In this document: positions 60,801 to 64,000 of the stretch, one piece after another
Numbering within the stretch: position 1 is the stretch's first letter
Layout: every line of letters begins with the position of its first letter
Assembly (NCBI GenBank): GCA_051531975.1
Contig: JAOPTT010000003.1
Coordinates: 64,001-128,000, forward strand
DNA length: 64,000 bases
Direction of reading: 5' to 3'
Source: Spirochaetaceae bacterium
Lineage (GTDB): Bacteria > Spirochaetota > Spirochaetia > DSM-2461
Notes under the pieces: model-generated
What the model was told of the DNA's origin: nothing
What the model saw: only the letters and a program-made list of their open reading frames with translations
Database searches by the model: none
Translations under genes and position numbers: made by a program

Positions 60801-60848
60801 AAACCACAACCTGTTGAAGACTTTATAAAGCTTTTAAACCTAAATTAA
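57840..60848 (+). CDS. LacI-type sugar-binding domain + PAS + GGDEF + EAL protein
   Basis: [60 protein letters not shown]. Confidence 0.92.
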   Translation: MEKKKRRRIAVISAFISGYYLGEIVDNLRLQSIEHDFDLIAIETRSFKTYELTVALGNVDGVIIIIDSISSKLANEIASNNIPVISIGYDYFPAKIETVQIDNINGMIQILDHLVDLGHKKIGFAGDVSVHDFSLRYQAYKKYIQEHNLSLEQSMIFDVTGNDQQGGTKIAEEFISRNRPCTAMVFATDITAAGFHKKMLASNIKIPEDVAIAGFDNAIIAAMCIPQITTIDQNLPHLSKYVVKRILEKIDGAPFFKAVNLPCTILKRSSTTGEKNFLPVVELKDKDSTSLKIMEGIVSNNFESMKAIILNNNDGGNIVNAFGSFFKFACVAKWKDPNKPETLIIDNLINDFSNNQQEYKLGDEIAKKEFPFDHLFNINSKNHIVSVFPLMFKHRLWGIFAISGEADNNDLYSSYQIFANHMEVLVSIMEKEKLLDMVVQKEEHHKTLTDELKVISNNSTDGVWIWDCKKNIFEWNIKALNMIGYQNEIDLKSTKNIPIYEMAHIEDMYKVKNEFQSLLKNKQKSSIEFRISNKSNNFIWIKSKAETIFDEEGQPSRIIGTITDLSERHEHINKIKYMSLYDELTGLPNRANMRLELDKIISLNNDQVLAVLLLDLDRFKLLNDSHGHIAGDRLLIHISKIISAELRSVDLLYRIGGDEFVIICPIQTGKEALTIADRVLESIRTPYIDETGFEFHLSSSIGIAQYPNHGKNTQQLIKNADIAMYQAKKVGKNCIIQFKDDMANTFQGKFDMERLLRKALKNREFNIFIQPQFNIESSKLVGGEVLIRWFSAELGQISPVEFIPIAEETDLIIPIGAWVLNESCKLIKRFKEDYSFNIDLSINVSPAQILRSDFVKIIKASIKNNDIDPHNICIEVTESMAINNIEHTILVINELKKIGIQISLDDFGTGYSSLSVLKELPLDELKIDKSFLPENDKEGKEWAIIQSIITMGHALGIRIVTEGVENIQQLNVLKSMGCDIAQGFYLGKPQPVEDFIKLLNLN

Positions 60849-61078
60849 AGAGTTTTACCTCTAGTTTCTATATACAACTTCTCAACTTTATTTCTAGCCC
60901 AAGCTGTTCTTCTTAAAAATTTCAGACTTGATTTTACAGAAGGGTCTAAATTAAAACAGTTAATTTTAATCATGGATCCTAACTCTTCCCAACCATAATA
61001 ATCTACTAAAAATGTAACTATATCTTGTAATTTAATGCCATGTAGCATGTCTTTTGAATGATCGTTTTCTGTTAACAT
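60845..61078 (-). CDS. VF530/DUF2132 family DNA-binding protein
   Basis: [41 protein letters not shown]. Confidence 0.9.
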   Translation of the reverse strand: MLTENDHSKDMLHGIKLQDIVTFLVDYYGWEELGSMIKINCFNLDPSVKSSLKFLRRTAWARNKVEKLYIETRGKTL

Positions 61079-61143
61079 ATCCCTAGTGTAGCAACCTTAT
61101 GAAACTAAATCTACTGGTTATTGGTTAGATTGAATATTATACT

Positions 61144-61854
61144 ATGGATATGTTAGATGAATTAAAAGATATTTTATATAAGTTAGCCTCAGAAGAAAGG
61201 CGGATAAAATCAATTAGATATTTTAAAACAGCAAAAGGTGAATATGGAGAAGGTGATACTTTTATTGGTATAAAAATTCCCGATATAAGGAAAGCCATAA
61301 AACATTTTACATTTAAACTCTCATTAAAGGATATAGAACAGCTATTGCACTGCAAAGAGCATGAATTTCGGCTTGCTGCCCTTATAATAATGGTTAAAAG
61401 ATACCAAAAATTAGAAGATGAGAGGGAATTGGTAGTAGAGCTTTATATTTCTAATACAGACTATATTAATAATTGGGATTTAGTAGATTCGACCGCACAT
61501 TACATCTTAGGGCCATGGTTAGAAAGCAGAGATAGAACCCTGTTATATGAGTTTGCCAATACACATAATCTTTGGAAACAGCGAATTGCTATAATGTCTA
61601 CTTTTCACTATATAAAAAAGAACAGGGATTTTAAGGATGCACTGGCTATATCAGAAATATTATTAAACCATAAACATGACTTAATTCATAAAGCAGTTGG
61701 CTGGATGTTAAGAGAGATTGGTAATATTTCTATATCATCTGAAGAAGAATTTCTAAAAAAACACTATAAAAATATGCCAAGAACTATGTTGAGGTATGCA
61801 ATAGAAAAGTTCCCAGTCGATAAAAGACAGAACTATTTAAAAGGAACAATATAA
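61144..61854 (+). CDS. DNA alkylation repair protein (AlkD-like)
   Basis: YFKTAKGEYGEGD, NNWDLVD, HDLIHKAVGWMLRE, MPRTMLRYAIE. Confidence 0.9.
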   Translation: MDMLDELKDILYKLASEERRIKSIRYFKTAKGEYGEGDTFIGIKIPDIRKAIKHFTFKLSLKDIEQLLHCKEHEFRLAALIIMVKRYQKLEDERELVVELYISNTDYINNWDLVDSTAHYILGPWLESRDRTLLYEFANTHNLWKQRIAIMSTFHYIKKNRDFKDALAISEILLNHKHDLIHKAVGWMLREIGNISISSEEEFLKKHYKNMPRTMLRYAIEKFPVDKRQNYLKGTI

Positions 61855-61856
61855 GT

Positions 61857-62609
61857 ATGTATAATAAACAGCAATTAGAAGAAGCTATTAAACAACTAGG
61901 GATAAAACCGACTGATACTATTTTAATCCACTCTTCTATGAAGTCAATTGGAGATGTAGAGGGTGGTGCAGATACAGTTATAGATCTCTTTACAGAGTAT
62001 ATGAAACCCGGATTGTTAATTTTTCCTACCCACACCTGGAACATAGTAACAAAAAATGGGGATATATATGATCCTGAAACGACACCATCATGTATTGGCA
62101 TATTAACAAATATATTCAAAGAAAGACCAAATGTAATCAGATCTTTACACCCGACCCATTCTGTTGCAGCAATAGGAAAAAATGCACAACAATTTACATC
62201 AGGAGAAGAAAATGCAACAACACCTGCGCCCTGGGATGGATGCTGGGGGAAACTATATAGTTTAGATGCTAAAATTCTATTCTTAGGTTGTTCTTTAAAT
62301 AGAAATACTTTTATACACAGTGTGGAAGAGTGGTGTAATATTCCTAACAGATTATCAAAGGATACAATCGATATTAAAATAAAAGAGAAACCGGGTAACC
62401 TTTTAAATGTTAAAATGTTTACACATAAAGCACCTGTTGATGATATTTCAGCAAACTACGGAAAACTTAAAAAGACTCTATTAGAAAAAGGTATTGCAGA
62501 AAAGGGTTATATTGGTGATGCAGAATGTTATCTTTGCAATGTTAAAGAGATGGCAGATGTAACAAAAGAGATTTTAGAAGATAACCCAGATTTCTTTTTA
62601 TATAAGTGA
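61857..62609 (+). CDS. AAC(3)/YokD family N-acetyltransferase
   Basis: ILIHSSMKSIG, FPTHT, RSLHPTHSVAAIG, NTFIHSVEE. Confidence 0.88.
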   Translation: MYNKQQLEEAIKQLGIKPTDTILIHSSMKSIGDVEGGADTVIDLFTEYMKPGLLIFPTHTWNIVTKNGDIYDPETTPSCIGILTNIFKERPNVIRSLHPTHSVAAIGKNAQQFTSGEENATTPAPWDGCWGKLYSLDAKILFLGCSLNRNTFIHSVEEWCNIPNRLSKDTIDIKIKEKPGNLLNVKMFTHKAPVDDISANYGKLKKTLLEKGIAEKGYIGDAECYLCNVKEMADVTKEILEDNPDFFLYK

Positions 62610-62619
62610 ATAAAATCAT

Positions 62620-63606
62620 TTAGCCAGTAGTTACAGAAGCGGAACTACCTTTAATAATTAACTCTGTATTTATGGTACTAACTTTAGCAGTACTTTTATC
62701 AGATAATATATCTAAGACTAATCTTCCTGCTGCTAAACCCATGGCACTACTTTGACTATCAATAGTTGTTATTAGAGGGTTAGAGCACTCTGAATATATA
62801 AGATTATTAAATCCTGTAACAGAGAAGTCTTTAGGTACATTAAAACCTTTTATTGTTAGTTGTTGTATTATTCCTAAAGCAACAATATCTTCATCGCATA
62901 TAATAGCTGTTGGTCTTTTTTGCAATTCCAAAATTTCATCAACGATTTTCAAACTGTTCTCTAAGCCTTTAACAGCCGGGATAATAGGTTGATCTTTAAC
63001 CTCATTTGTAAAACCTTTTAGCTTTCTTTTAGCACTATAACTGCTACTAGATTTTATATATACAAAGTTTTTATGCCCTAGACCCTTAAGATGTAAAACT
63101 AGCTGATTGATACCCTCGTTTTCATCGGATAGGATAGAGTAAATATTGTCACCTTTTAGGCTTTCATTAACTATTATTACTGGGATCTTTGATGATACAG
63201 TTTCTATGATCTCCTTAAGTTCTGAATATTTGAAAACAGAACCTACTAGAACTAGGACATCAATTTTTTTCTGCATTAATAGGGAGATATAGTTACGCTG
63301 AGTATCTGATTCTCCCCCAGTGTTACATAGAATGACATTATACTTAGAAAGACTAAGTTCTTGCTCCATAGAGTGAATAACAGAAGCGTAATATTCATCC
63401 CTAATATCGATAGTTAATATACCTATACTTTTAACTGAACTTCCAGATAGCCCCCTAGCAAAGGCGCTAGGAGTATAGTTCTCTTCTTCCATGAGTTTTA
63501 ATATTTTTAGTCGTGTTTTTTCACTAACCTTAGAGCTACTGTTTATAACTCTAGAAACTGTGGCAGTTGAAACACCAGCTTTTTTTGCTATCTCATAAAT
63601 GTTCAT
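62620..63606 (-). CDS. LacI family transcriptional regulator
   Basis: IYEIAKKAGVSTATVSRVIN, YTPSAFARGL, VPKDFSVTGFNN. Confidence 0.95.
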   Translation of the reverse strand: MNIYEIAKKAGVSTATVSRVINSSSKVSEKTRLKILKLMEEENYTPSAFARGLSGSSVKSIGILTIDIRDEYYASVIHSMEQELSLSKYNVILCNTGGESDTQRNYISLLMQKKIDVLVLVGSVFKYSELKEIIETVSSKIPVIIVNESLKGDNIYSILSDENEGINQLVLHLKGLGHKNFVYIKSSSSYSAKRKLKGFTNEVKDQPIIPAVKGLENSLKIVDEILELQKRPTAIICDEDIVALGIIQQLTIKGFNVPKDFSVTGFNNLIYSECSNPLITTIDSQSSAMGLAAGRLVLDILSDKSTAKVSTINTELIIKGSSASVTTG

Positions 63607-63608
63607 TT

Positions 63609-64000
63609 TTATCCTGGGAAGTTAAAGTATTTTAGGCTATTAGTATAACTTATATCACTAATCATTTCACCAAGTAAACTAAAATCCCTTGGAGCTTCAC
63701 CATTTTCTACCCAAGAACCAACAAGGTTACATAAGATACGTCTAAAATATTCATGTCTTGTATACGACAAAAAGCTTCTTGAATCGGTTAACATACCAAC
63801 AAACTGGGAAAGTACACCCATATTAGATAATGTCTCTAACTGTTTCTCCATTCCAGTTTTTTGATCATTGAACCACCAACCAGAACCAAACTGAATTTTA
63901 CCAGCAACAGAGCCATCTTGAAAGTTCCCTATCATCGTCCCAATAATATCGTTATCTGCAGGATTAAGAACATAGATAATGGTTCTAGGAAGTAAGTTAT
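63609..64000 (-). CDS. uxaC: Glucuronate isomerase, C-terminal part (truncated by window)
   Basis: [47 protein letters not shown]. Confidence 0.93.
   Translation of the reverse strand, partial: NLLPRTIIYVLNPADNDIIGTMIGNFQDGSVAGKIQFGSGWWFNDQKTGMEKQLETLSNMGVLSQFVGMLTDSRSFLSYTRHEYFRRILCNLVGSWVENGEAPRDFSLLGEMISDISYTNSLKYFNFPG

Noticed and set aside
1616..62119. Many short antisense or alternate-frame ORFs in the track (e.g. 1616-1867, 4072-4485, 12954-13322, 18461-18856, 40229-40630, 54733-55161, 56039-56464, 58535-58903, 61784-62119)
   Set aside because: They lie within well-supported genes on the other strand or frame and have no recognisable motifs; shadow ORFs.
1..64000. CRISPR array, tRNA, rRNA, intact transposase or integrase
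   Set aside because: No regularly spaced repeats, cloverleafs, rRNA-like tracts or recombinase ORFs were seen by eye.

Overview
AT-rich bacterial chromosomal segment, probably from a free-living spirochaete (Spirochaetaceae-like). This is inferred from SBP N-termini of the FASGxxE/WANGxxE type and from the gene repertoire. No rRNA, tRNA or CRISPR array was seen. Most of the window is sugar transport, catabolism and signalling. It includes a sigma54-driven ribose-type ABC operon with an NtrC regulator and an unusual soluble kinase made of an ABC-ATPase-like domain, PAS and a histidine kinase. It also includes a sulfatase/GH172/Gfo-Idh-MocA/CUT1-ABC cluster with several AraC regulators, a NarL two-component system and an MCP; a MacAB-TolC-type exporter with an OmpR two-component system; a LacI-sensor-PAS-GGDEF-EAL protein; and the 3' end of uxaC. 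Two accessory regions stand out. The first (about 16-24.8 kb) is a mosaic with a solo attC-like site and gene remnants. The second is a ~6.3 kb integrase-less island (about 42.2-48.55 kb) bounded by a duplication of the 5' end of an aldose-epimerase gene. It holds decayed RHS toxin remnants, an array of orphan immunity-like genes, 30-bp inverted repeats, dif-like 28-bp repeats, a candidate structured sRNA and a RelE/Xre toxin-antitoxin pair. All family assignments come from motif recognition by eye, not database searches.
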